The notes under the pieces: generated by a model
What the model was told of the DNA's origin: nothing
What the model saw: only the letters and a program-made list of their open reading frames with translations
The model's database searches: none
Part shown: positions 1 through 8,439 of the stretch, one piece after another
Layout of the letters: the number at the start of each line of letters is the position of its first letter
How positions within the stretch are numbered: the stretch's first letter is position 1
Program-made: the position numbers and the translations under genes
From: a virus
Direction: 5' to 3' (one strand)
Virus record (IMG/VR): IMGVR_UViG_3300033145_000849
Coordinates: 1-64,000 of that record
DNA: 64,000 bases

Positions 1-1831
1 CAGGTACTCCTAGGTTCTTCCAGTACTTAGGCCTACGTACCATGTTAATAGTAAGCTTACGACTACCCTCAGCTATAGTAACAAACCTAGGGAGGAGCTG
101 CCCGAGAGAGTCATCGATAGTATGGTAAATAACACATACATCTTCATTGGCAGAAGCAATTTCATAAGCAATTTTACATAAGAGACCAGTTTTTCCAACA
201 TTGGGCTTTCCTCCAAACACCATAAAAACGTCACGTTCCCATTCACCACGAAGAACCTCAGCTAGAGACCTGAGATCTTCACCTAGAACAAATCCTGCTT
301 CTTCTTCTCCTTTCTCATCTTCAGCTTGTTTCTGCTCATCTAAAGAGCGAAGAAAATCCTCTGCAGAGAGAGACTCATTGTTATGTTTTTTAGCTAGCTC
401 TAGAAGACTACTCTTAGCTTGCTGTATAATAAGTTCAGCGTTAGAAGGGTCTTTCTTGAGCTCAAATACAGTTCTGTCTACAAGCTCCTGACGCTCTTGT
501 GAGCGCTTATGAGCCTGAGCATCCATCAGCATATTTAATTCAGCAGCAATAGCCTTGAAGGAGACACCAGTGCGTCTAGCAAGGGTCTTACAGAGTTCCT
601 CACGTACAACAGGAGAAGATTCGTTAACAATAAACGGAATCATCTGCTGACAGATACCAGTAGGATCATCATCTTCTGAATATTCGTTCAATCGATATTC
701 AAATGCTGTCCAGCAAGCTAGAGCTTTAAAGCTTTCGATACCATGATCTCTAATATATGAATCTGGATCCTCTCCATCAGGAAGCTGGATAACTCTGACT
801 CTCATGTCTCTATGTCCAGCTAACCTGTCTTCAAGTATAGTTTTGGTCTTCTCTCTTCCTGTTTTGTCTCCGTCTAGACAGATAACAACATCAGAAACCG
901 CTAGGTCTTTTAGAAGATAGACATGCTCTGTAGATATTGCGCTACCACCAATGGCAACACAGTTATTGAGTCCGTGATTACGGGCTGTAATGACATCAGT
1001 CTGACCTTCAAATAAATAGAGAGGAGGTGTTGCACTAAGCGCTCCGTCGATACCATAGAATCTTTTCCCCTTCTGGAATATATTACACTTTAAACCAGTA
1101 GTCTTCTGACTATTATACTTAGAAGTCTTACACTTCTGACCTGTATTCTCAGCTGCTTTCTTTTGGTCTTCATAAAGAAGATTCCTACAACTAAAACCAA
1201 CAGGACGTCCTCTTTCGTCTTTCCAGGTAAAAATCATATTCTCTGGTGAGAAAATATCACTTCTACCAAGATCAATTTCGTCTAAAAACTTAGCAGTAAA
1301 CCCTGCGTCCTTAAGAGCTTGTCTAAACTCCTGATATGAGGTGACAGTGCCCACTCCCATCTCAGTAACAACACGAGCCGTCCATCCTCTCTGCTTCATA
1401 GCTTTCGTAAAGGTATCAAGCTTATTGTCTCCCACCTTAGTAGATTTAATGAGTCCAGAAGCTACTCTATAAGCTCTGTAAGTATCCATCTCATAGATTT
1501 GCTCTTCAGACAATTCTCCAGCTTCAAACTCTATACCATATTTCTCAGCTAAGAAATTTAAAGAATCATGTATCCATTCTGCTCCCATACCTGGCTTACC
1601 ATCTAGAATTCTAGCAGCATCAAATATATCACCTGTTCTACCACAGCCAAGACAGTGAACTCTAGGCGTTTCTGTACCCATTCCTACTATATTGCAGGAA
1701 GGAGTTCTGTCTTCATGTTCAGGAAATATACATGTGAAATGGCGAGTAGGATCAATGCCATGTTCTTCTAAATATTCAGTAAGGTGGGGTTTGATTTTAG
1801 ATACAACTGCTTCAAAATCTTTAATAAACAT
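1..1831 (-). CDS. DnaG-type primase fused to DnaB/SF4-like helicase (partial, runs off window start)
   Basis: Absent from the ORF track; hand-translated from ATG at 1831 (RBS GGAGAA): MFIKDFEAVV... Contains zinc finger CIFPEHEDRTPSC...HCLGC, TOPRIM motifs LFEGQTDV and CLDGD, and Walker A GGKPNVGKT near 190-215. Confidence 0.9.
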   Translation of the reverse strand, partial: MFIKDFEAVVSKIKPHLTEYLEEHGIDPTRHFTCIFPEHEDRTPSCNIVGMGTETPRVHCLGCGRTGDIFDAARILDGKPGMGAEWIHDSLNFLAEKYGIEFEAGELSEEQIYEMDTYRAYRVASGLIKSTKVGDNKLDTFTKAMKQRGWTARVVTEMGVGTVTSYQEFRQALKDAGFTAKFLDEIDLGRSDIFSPENMIFTWKDERGRPVGFSCRNLLYEDQKKAAENTGQKCKTSKYNSQKTTGLKCNIFQKGKRFYGIDGALSATPPLYLFEGQTDVITARNHGLNNCVAIGGSAISTEHVYLLKDLAVSDVVICLDGDKTGREKTKTILEDRLAGHRDMRVRVIQLPDGEDPDSYIRDHGIESFKALACWTAFEYRLNEYSEDDDPTGICQQMIPFIVNESSPVVREELCKTLARRTGVSFKAIAAELNMLMDAQAHKRSQERQELVDRTVFELKKDPSNAELIIQQAKSSLLELAKKHNNESLSAEDFLRSLDEQKQAEDEKGEEEAGFVLGEDLRSLAEVLRGEWERDVFMVFGGKPNVGKTGLLCKIAYEIASANEDVCVIYHTIDDSLGQLLPRFVTIAEGSRKLTINMVRRPKYWKNLGVP

Positions 1832-1863
1832 TTTCTTCTCCAATATCTTGCAAAACACCTCCA

Positions 1864-1897
1864 ACGGATAGTATCCGTGTGTTGTTAATAAATTGTA
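1864..1897 (-). promoter_or_regulatory. TACAAT -10-like box (1892-1897) followed by interrupted palindrome ACGGATA-N-TATCCGT (1864-1878) upstream of the primase-helicase
   Basis: Both elements are read directly in the 84-bp intergenic gap. No good -35 seen. Confidence 0.45.
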
Positions 1898-1915
1898 ATG
1901 ATCAGTAATGAAAGG

Positions 1916-2779
1916 TTAGGTCCAACAGGTTGTTTTGTAGGGACAATAGTTGCACTGCCAATCTCCAATGGGGTTTGCTTGTGGGTTTCTTGTCCATTTC
2001 TCATACGCTGTCTTACTTACCTCTCCAACTGCTTTTCTTTGTTCAACTTTTTCTGGTCCCCATCGTAGTTCAAAGTCCGGAAGTGGAATCTCTTGGTTCT
2101 CGATGTGCTGAGCCAGTAGTTCATATCTATCATACATATCTTCTAGTGTGAAGCGGTAATCTATTTCCCCATTGATTGTAGGACGATGTACTCCGTTGTC
2201 TTCGGTGAGGGTAATATCGAATTCTGTGCGAGACGCAGAGTCTCTAGCATAGTAAAGCATTTTGAAGTACGGCAGGGTACTTCTAAATTGGTCAACGTAG
2301 ACTAAAGTCTGCATAAGTTGTGATGTTTTTGGCCCACCCTTAACAGACTTGTTGCCACAGAGGTCTCGAGTAGCATGGTATCCGTAAAAGGATTTGATTT
2401 CTAAGCCAACGAGCTCTCCAGTAGCTGAATCACGTATAACAGCATCTAGCTCACCAGAAATGTTGCGTTCAGTGTCATAAAATCTGATGCTGTTGCCTAT
2501 CCACACTCCCATCTCTTTCAGCTGTTCTGTAAGGATCTCTTCTACGTGGTTACCTAGGGCAAAAATCCACTGAGAATATGCATCTGGGGGAGCTGCTTCG
2601 GCAGAGTGTGTGATCCTATAGTAGGATCGCTTCAGACAGCCACCAGCTGCTCTTCTAATGCCATACTGGTCTTCCCAGGTAGCTGATGCTTCGGAAGGAT
2701 AGAAATGCGCGCCACGGTGGGATGAGAACCTTGGGCGGGTCATGTGTTCATCTATTGATTTGATTAATTTAAATGGCAC
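1916..2779 (-). CDS. Cas4-like PD-(D/E)XK nuclease with Fe-S cysteines (solo, no CRISPR)
   Basis: N-terminal Cys (GGCLKRSYY), GNHVE, SGELD...LEIKS, QTLVY and C-terminal WQCNYCPYKTTC. GTG start. Confidence 0.8.
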   Translation of the reverse strand: MPFKLIKSIDEHMTRPRFSSHRGAHFYPSEASATWEDQYGIRRAAGGCLKRSYYRITHSAEAAPPDAYSQWIFALGNHVEEILTEQLKEMGVWIGNSIRFYDTERNISGELDAVIRDSATGELVGLEIKSFYGYHATRDLCGNKSVKGGPKTSQLMQTLVYVDQFRSTLPYFKMLYYARDSASRTEFDITLTEDNGVHRPTINGEIDYRFTLEDMYDRYELLAQHIENQEIPLPDFELRWGPEKVEQRKAVGEVSKTAYEKWTRNPQANPIGDWQCNYCPYKTTCWT

Positions 2780-2782
2780 TAA

Positions 2783-2983
2783 CTATATCTCGTTTTGCAG
2801 GACTGTTACCTGACTCTCCAATGCTTCTACGCGAGTGGTAAGAGCATCTATTTCGGTTTGTTTTAAGAGGACAAGCTGACGATATTGTAATTTAGACATA
2901 AGATTATTTATAGCTTGCTGAACATTAGTTAAAACTTCCTCAATTGCCTCTATTCTAGTTTCCTCTGCTGTGCTCCAGCTCAT
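2783..2983 (-). CDS. small coiled-coil hypothetical protein
   Basis: Likely start is MSWSTAEE at 2983, behind GAGGAGG. Heptad-like pattern. Confidence 0.65.
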   Translation of the reverse strand: MSWSTAEETRIEAIEEVLTNVQQAINNLMSKLQYRQLVLLKQTEIDALTTRVEALESQVTVLQNEI

Positions 2984-3218
2984 TTGGCGCCTCCTCAATG
3001 ATCTTTACTGGGACTGTGTTATCTGATTCCTGTGCTTTACTCATGACCCATTTTTGGCTAACGTTTCCACTGAAATACAATCCTAGAACACCTAATATTC
3101 CACCTATAAATGTAGTGAGTAGGGCGGCAAGAGCAACATGTTTGCCAGCGAGAAGAGTCATCAATGTTATAAGACATAACCCAAACATAGTCAAGAAAAA
3201 CTTACGGCTTTTCATCAT
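2955..3218 (-). CDS. putative holin (2 TM)
   Basis: 87 aa. N-terminal KSRKFF, two hydrophobic helices, charged C-terminal tail. Confidence 0.6.
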   Translation of the reverse strand: MMKSRKFFLTMFGLCLITLMTLLAGKHVALAALLTTFIGGILGVLGLYFSGNVSQKWVMSKAQESDNTVPVKIIEEAPNELEHSRGN

Positions 3219-3604
3219 AAGAGAACTCCTAAAAGGGCCTTAACAAGCACACTACCTACAATTGCTGCTACAGTTACCATAACTCCCCAGAGAATTTTCT
3301 GTTTAGTACCCATAGCCATCTGTTGACCTTCGTCTTTTCTTTGTTGTTTAGTAACATTCTCTAAAGCCTTTTCAATACGTGGAAGGGTACCGTTTTGTTT
3401 ATCTATACTAGTACTAATGTCAGATACAGACTTTGTTAGATTCTCAAGACTTTTCTTATTGTCTTGAAGATCTTCTTTGATATAGACCATATGGGTTTCT
3501 AGAACTGTGGTCCTTTTGTCCAAATCTCTCCCTGTCGGGCAGTCTCCTACCGTCATGGGGTCATAAGTTTCTAGAGAAGGTAAGTAAGCTGGGGTGCGGG
3601 CCAT
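3215..3604 (-). CDS. coiled-coil protein with C-terminal TM helix (XhlA-like/holin-associated)
   Basis: Likely start MART at 3604, behind GGAGGA. Coiled coil followed by ILWGVMVTVAAIVGSVLVKALLGVLL. Confidence 0.6.
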   Translation of the reverse strand: MARTPAYLPSLETYDPMTVGDCPTGRDLDKRTTVLETHMVYIKEDLQDNKKSLENLTKSVSDISTSIDKQNGTLPRIEKALENVTKQQRKDEGQQMAMGTKQKILWGVMVTVAAIVGSVLVKALLGVLL

Positions 3605-3628
3605 TATATCCTCCATGGGGACACTTAC

Positions 3629-3656
3629 ATTGTAACAATAATACTACACTACTCAA
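3629..3656 (-). promoter_or_regulatory. sigma70-like promoter TTGAGT-N16-TACAAT with extended -10 TG
   Basis: Lies in the intergenic gap upstream of the membrane/holin genes. Same architecture as 4209-4236. Confidence 0.6.
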
Positions 3657-3689
3657 GACATAGTTCAACTATCTATAATTTAAGAAGTT

Positions 3690-4202
3690 TTAGCCAATAA
3701 GTAGGTCAATTATTATATCTGCAGCGTCCTTAGCACTGATTTTTCCAGTGTTTATAGTTAAGTCTGCAAGAACAGGCTGTTCATAAGTACCATCATATCC
3801 TGTTAAATCTTCAATCTCACCAAAGAGAGCCTTACTGTAGAGTCCTTTCGGATCTCTTTCAATTCTATCTATGAGAGGAGCATGCAGGTGTACTAAATGG
3901 CAATCAGCTATCTGTTTTATAGTGTTAATAGCAAGGTCTCTTGACTTACTGAATGGAGCTATACAAGCTACAATTACAACACAGTCCTCTAATTGTCCAG
4001 CTATGAGAGCCGCCAGAATACCTGTCCTAAAGACATGTTCGTTTCTTTCCTTGTCAGACAGACCTATGCTAGGCCATAAGCTCTTTCTAACTACATCTGA
4101 ATCAAGAATTATACAAGGGTGGGACAGTTTATGCTGGATAGCATAAGCGAGGGTAGTTTTGCCTGAAGCAGGAACGCCTGTTAGCCATACGACAGTGGAC
4201 AT
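3690..4202 (-). CDS. cysC: adenylyl-sulfate (APS) kinase
   Basis: VVWLTGVPASGKTT P-loop, ILDSDVVR, RDPKGLY, LTGYDGTYEQP. Confidence 0.92.
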   Translation of the reverse strand: MSTVVWLTGVPASGKTTLAYAIQHKLSHPCIILDSDVVRKSLWPSIGLSDKERNEHVFRTGILAALIAGQLEDCVVIVACIAPFSKSRDLAINTIKQIADCHLVHLHAPLIDRIERDPKGLYSKALFGEIEDLTGYDGTYEQPVLADLTINTGKISAKDAADIIIDLLIG

Positions 4203-4208
4203 AATTCT

Positions 4209-4236
4209 ATTGTAGCAAGAAAGGGGTGCTGCTCAA
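4209..4236 (-). promoter_or_regulatory. sigma70-like promoter TTGAGC-N16-TACAAT, probably giving a leaderless cysC mRNA
   Basis: The -10 box ends 6 nt before the cysC ATG and there is no Shine-Dalgarno. Confidence 0.55.
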
Positions 4237-5102
4237 GGGAGGGGTTTATCGCGGAGTTCTGCTGGTTCTTCTTCGGGATGAAAAATGCGGAAGTATGTCT
4301 TGTAACACTCCCTAATCTCACTACAACCATCAAACCCATCAATATCGTGGTTTCTAATCATCCAGTCCTTAAGACGCTGGTCTACATTCCCTTTAAGGAT
4401 ATATCTCTCGTAAGAATGCCACTCAGTAGGAATACCTGCCTCTCTACAGATCTCTTTAAACTCTACCCAAACAGCATTACTGTTGCCTAGGTTAGGACCT
4501 CCACCACCAATAACAAAGTTTCTCATCCCTCTATGCCAGATGATATTCTCTTGCTTGATGTGCTCATAGATAAATTCAGTGTTCATGACACGAAGGCCGC
4601 CACCTTTAGTACTAACACCTTCATGAGGATTACCATGGTACTTAAGCTCAGGTTCCCATTTGTATAATAGATGTTTCCAGTAGTTGTCTAAGCTTTCCCA
4701 TACTTTTTCTTCACCTTTTAAACTAACAGACCTACACTGGAACCCAGCAGCATTATGTCCTGTTTTCTCTACATGTTGTGCAATCTCTCTGATCTTTTTA
4801 AAGGTCTCTTCTTCAAATAGCTCGTCTGGATCAGACACTAGGATATAATCTCCAGGTTTAGCGAATTCCTTTGCTCGTAGAAGGTAGTTATTACGTTGGT
4901 CTGAGAAGTGGTCAGTCCATGGATGTAGGTAGAAGTGCAGTTTAGGTTCTTGTTGACTCCAGTTCCTAAAATAGAAAAGAGAATCGTCTACTGATCCTCC
5001 ATCTACTACAACGATATGGTCTACGTAGGGAAGTGCCCGTTCTACACACTTCTTAACTTCACTCAGTCTATTTTGAGCCATCATACAGTAAATAATTTGC
5101 AT
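4233..5102 (-). CDS. GT2-family glycosyltransferase
   Basis: IVVVDGGSVD, FSDQRN, SDPDE (DxD), PHE. Confidence 0.85.
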   Translation of the reverse strand: MQIIYCMMAQNRLSEVKKCVERALPYVDHIVVVDGGSVDDSLFYFRNWSQQEPKLHFYLHPWTDHFSDQRNNYLLRAKEFAKPGDYILVSDPDELFEEETFKKIREIAQHVEKTGHNAAGFQCRSVSLKGEEKVWESLDNYWKHLLYKWEPELKYHGNPHEGVSTKGGGLRVMNTEFIYEHIKQENIIWHRGMRNFVIGGGGPNLGNSNAVWVEFKEICREAGIPTEWHSYERYILKGNVDQRLKDWMIRNHDIDGFDGCSEIRECYKTYFRIFHPEEEPAELRDKPLP

Positions 5103-5737
5103 ATTAACTCCTTATGCTTTTTTTTTAATAAGTAAAAATTAGTTTTAAATGGATGCCATAAGAACTTACAGGATTCTGTTTCATCTGTAAAGTTAAACTT
5201 TTGAAAATACTTTAGCCAGCCTACCCTAGTAAAAGAGTAACCATCACTAGTTTCGTCTGTAAATTTATACTCATCATCAAACTGAAAAGCATTCTTCTCA
5301 GGCTCCAATGTGTTCTCTACACAAACGTAGAAACCACCTGGCTTAATTAGAGAATAGATAGTTTCAACAATTTGGTCCTTCTGAGGGTGAAGATTGTGTT
5401 GAATTACAGCTCTAGAGAAGACTACGTCAAACTGCTTGTCGATTAAGATGTTGTTCCAATCATACTGATAGAGAGCTTTAGCTTTAATACCAAATTCATC
5501 AAGCTTAACTTGGGCAGCTTCAATCATAGCTAAGTTTTGATCATAGCCATAGTAATTGAAGTCCTTAAAGGTAGGAGAGTAGAGTGCAGCTCCACAACCA
5601 TAGTCTAATACGTCAATATTAGGACTATCTATCTTGAATTTAATAGAATCAGTAATTGATTTCTCGTTAAAACCATCAAGCTCAACGAGTTCTGTTGCAT
5701 GATGATTCCAAACTTCTTGTTCTCTTCCATCAGCCAT
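5081..5737 (-). CDS. class I SAM-dependent methyltransferase
   Basis: VLDYGCGAA, FDVVFSRAVIQH, LIKPGG. Confidence 0.88.
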   Translation of the reverse strand: MADGREQEVWNHHATELVELDGFNEKSITDSIKFKIDSPNIDVLDYGCGAALYSPTFKDFNYYGYDQNLAMIEAAQVKLDEFGIKAKALYQYDWNNILIDKQFDVVFSRAVIQHNLHPQKDQIVETIYSLIKPGGFYVCVENTLEPEKNAFQFDDEYKFTDETSDGYSFTRVGWLKYFQKFNFTDETESCKFLWHPFKTNFYLLKKKHKELICKLFTV

Positions 5738-5739
5738 GG

Positions 5740-6174
5740 CTAAATCCTTATTAGTTCGTCAGTACTAGTAATGTTCCTAGTATTGAAAGGACATAGAGAC
5801 AAGAGGGTCTCATAGTCTGGAGGAGTAGATTCTGCCCATTTGTCTAGTGAATCATTTATTGCATCAACCTGATTGTCGACTTCAAACCATAAGATTGGCT
5901 CAATAAAGTCTCTGCTTAAGTACCTTCTGGCCATACAACAAGTATAGTTGGCTTTATGTCCTAAAATCTGTTTTGGGAATAAAGCACCAGAGCCCCAAGT
6001 CTGATCACCATCAGCAGTAGCTTCAATAATGCTGCCACAGACTAAAAACTTATCTTTTTCTCGAAACTTAGCACTTTCTGGAGTACTACCTGAAATGCTT
6101 TTAATAATAACAGGAGTTAACATATCTCCAAAGTTAGTATTATTATCATGCCAATAAGCTTTAACTATAGTCAT
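5740..6174 (-). pseudogene. polysaccharide pyruvyltransferase (ExoV-like), apparently internally deleted
   Basis: N-terminus (NFGDMLT, CGSII, WGSG) and C-terminus (LLSLCPF) are recognisable, but the ORF is only 144 aa and the central part is missing. Confidence 0.5.
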
Positions 6175-6180
6175 TATTTC

Positions 6181-6822
6181 CTACCAAAAAAGTTTATTTG
6201 GACGCCAATCCCAAGTCCAATTACATATATGAAAATTATTGTCTATGCAATTGATTAGTTGAGACCTGTCTTGTCTACTACCTAGGTTAACTATCTGGGT
6301 ATTATACCTGTCATTCCTAGTAAGCCATTGGTTCATAGGAATTGTAAAATGAGGCGCTTCTGCATCGTCCATTACAATAAAGTGAGAAAGCGCTGGTGAC
6401 CAAGAGTTATTGACAATATTATCTAGAAAACTACCTCTAGAACTAGCTTGAGAATCTAAGAAAATTAGATCTGGATGAGAAATTTCAGAATAGTTAAAAT
6501 CATCAGATAAATATACATTCTTATCTTCTAAGGATAAGCTACTAAGCATTTGTTTGGTTCTATCTACATATTCTTGTCCTTCCTCAATTGAAATAATGTC
6601 TTTATCATATTTACTACAAGCTGCTTGAAGAAATATGGTTGAAGCTCCTGAACCTAGTTCAAGAACTGAACGTACCTCTGGTCTTTTAACTAATTCAATT
6701 AGCATAAGAGCAGTATCTGGATAAACACCAGCACCTGAATCTAATGCAAACCAATCTATGTCTATATCCTCTTTAATACAATTATTAAATGGAGTATAGA
6801 CTTCTATGTAATTAGACATCAT
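6181..6822 (-). CDS. class I SAM methyltransferase (Methyltransf_24-like)
   Basis: VLELGSGAST, ISIEE, DLIFLDS, IVMDD. Likely start at 6822, behind a GGGG RBS. Confidence 0.75.
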   Translation of the reverse strand: MMSNYIEVYTPFNNCIKEDIDIDWFALDSGAGVYPDTALMLIELVKRPEVRSVLELGSGASTIFLQAACSKYDKDIISIEEGQEYVDRTKQMLSSLSLEDKNVYLSDDFNYSEISHPDLIFLDSQASSRGSFLDNIVNNSWSPALSHFIVMDDAEAPHFTIPMNQWLTRNDRYNTQIVNLGSRQDRSQLINCIDNNFHICNWTWDWRPNKLFW

Positions 6823-7420
6823 AAGGTCCCCTTTTGTATCTTGCTGGATTGCCTGCATAGAGAGATTTTTTTGTAAGAAGATCTTCATTGACTGAAGAAC
6901 CGCCAGCGATAATAATATCACTACCTATAGAAACATCAGGAATGACAGAGGTTCCTACTCCAACTAATGTTCCAGCTCCTACAGATACATTTCCGCAGAG
7001 ATGTACCCCGGGAGCAATATGCACAAAACTACCGATATTACAATCATGGTCCACTGTAGCTCCAGTATTAATAATGGCTCCCTCACCTACAATTGCTCTA
7101 GTATGTACTACTGCCATAGGACCAACAAAGGATCCTGAAGAAACACAAGAACGATGAGCAACATAAGCTTGTGGGGAAATAATAGCTGGGAAATGATATC
7201 CTTTTTGCTTTAGCTTAGCAGTTATCTTTTCCCTAGTTTTATTGTCTCCAACGCCTACGAAAGCAAGGTATTCTTTGGGAGGAAAAAGGTCTATCCAGGT
7301 ATCGTCTTTTACTCTTGGGTCATTATCGTCTATCCATTGAGAAGCAAATTTTAATCTTGTCCAAACATCCTTGACAACAGCTGCATGACCACCTGTTCCC
7401 CATATTAAAAGCTTAGGCAT
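6812..7420 (-). CDS. NeuD/PglD/PerB-type sugar acetyltransferase (left-handed beta-helix)
   Basis: LIWGTGGHA, VGVGDNKTR, INTGATVDHDC, hexapeptide repeats, GNPAR. Start MPKLL at 7420. Confidence 0.92.
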   Translation of the reverse strand: MPKLLIWGTGGHAAVVKDVWTRLKFASQWIDDNDPRVKDDTWIDLFPPKEYLAFVGVGDNKTREKITAKLKQKGYHFPAIISPQAYVAHRSCVSSGSFVGPMAVVHTRAIVGEGAIINTGATVDHDCNIGSFVHIAPGVHLCGNVSVGAGTLVGVGTSVIPDVSIGSDIIIAGGSSVNEDLLTKKSLYAGNPARYKRGPYDV

Positions 7421-8438
7421 TAATAATCTCCGCAATTCTATGTATGTCATCAGTTGTTACTTGTGAATGACAAGGCAAGCAAATGCTATGTGTGTACAAA
7501 AAAGTACTATTATTAGAATCATCCAAAGGATAATAATACTGTAGAGCTTCAATTCCTTCTTCTCTAAGTGTTAAGACCTTTCTCTTTGCTTCTATCTCAT
7601 ATGGTAAATAAATAGGTAAACAAGAATAGACAGTATTCTTTATAGTGGAAAGGGTGTGAACTTCTGAACATAATTCCTTGTATAGAGCAACGTTCTTTTG
7701 TCGTGCTATAAAATATGGAATTATCTTGTCCATAAGAGAGAGCCCAATTGCACAAGTGTAATCGCTAACCTTGCCATTACATCCAGGGCCTTGTATTTTC
7801 TTGTTCTTGCCTAGTCCAAAGTTGATGTATTGCCTTATAGAGCTGTCTAGTCCCTTGTTGTAGATTACACAGCCTCCTTCGCCTATAGGGAGGTTTTTAG
7901 TTCCATGGAAGGATAAGCAGTAGGCATCTCCCAAATTAAAATGAGGACCTAGTGTACCAAATGTAGCAGCACCATCAATAACTAGCTTCTTATTGTTTTT
8001 TTTGCACCATATGGAAATATCAATTAGTTTATCTATAGGTATTGAGGAAAGAGGACATACTGCTGTGACAGTGTCCACTTCTTCCTTGTGTTTCTCTAGA
8101 GTATCTAGGGAGAATGTGCCAGTGGCTAGTTCTACGTCAGCAACAATAGTTTTTATACCTTGTAATGTTGCTGCTTGTTGAGTAGCTGCAAAGGTGTAAG
8201 AAGGAACAAGGGTGCTTTTGGTCCCTAAAGAATGAAAGGCCGTCATTAGTGCGGTTGTTCCTGATGAAACAATAGACAAGTCTTTGTCTTCTGATATAGC
8301 GAGATAGCTAATGAGTCGATCATGAAATTGCCAATATAATGGTCCGAAATTAGATACTTGAGCATCTTTGCTGTTGGAGAAGAGTTCTTTCATCTCGGCA
8401 AAGTCCGGGAGGACTACTTCACAAAACTTAACTGCCAT
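7413..8438 (-). CDS. DegT/DnrJ PLP sugar aminotransferase (VioA-like)
   Basis: SNFGP, SSGTTAL, PSYTFAAT, IDGAA, SFHGTKNLPIGEGG, LPCH. Start at 8438. Confidence 0.9.
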   Translation of the reverse strand: MAVKFCEVVLPDFAEMKELFSNSKDAQVSNFGPLYWQFHDRLISYLAISEDKDLSIVSSGTTALMTAFHSLGTKSTLVPSYTFAATQQAATLQGIKTIVADVELATGTFSLDTLEKHKEEVDTVTAVCPLSSIPIDKLIDISIWCKKNNKKLVIDGAATFGTLGPHFNLGDAYCLSFHGTKNLPIGEGGCVIYNKGLDSSIRQYINFGLGKNKKIQGPGCNGKVSDYTCAIGLSLMDKIIPYFIARQKNVALYKELCSEVHTLSTIKNTVYSCLPIYLPYEIEAKRKVLTLREEGIEALQYYYPLDDSNNSTFLYTHSICLPCHSQVTTDDIHRIAEIINA

Positions 8439-8439
8439 C

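Noticed and set aside
1916-2779. CRISPR-Cas system suggested by the Cas4-like gene
   Set aside because: No repeat-spacer array, cas1 or cas2 is visible, and intergenic gaps are all under about 90 bp.
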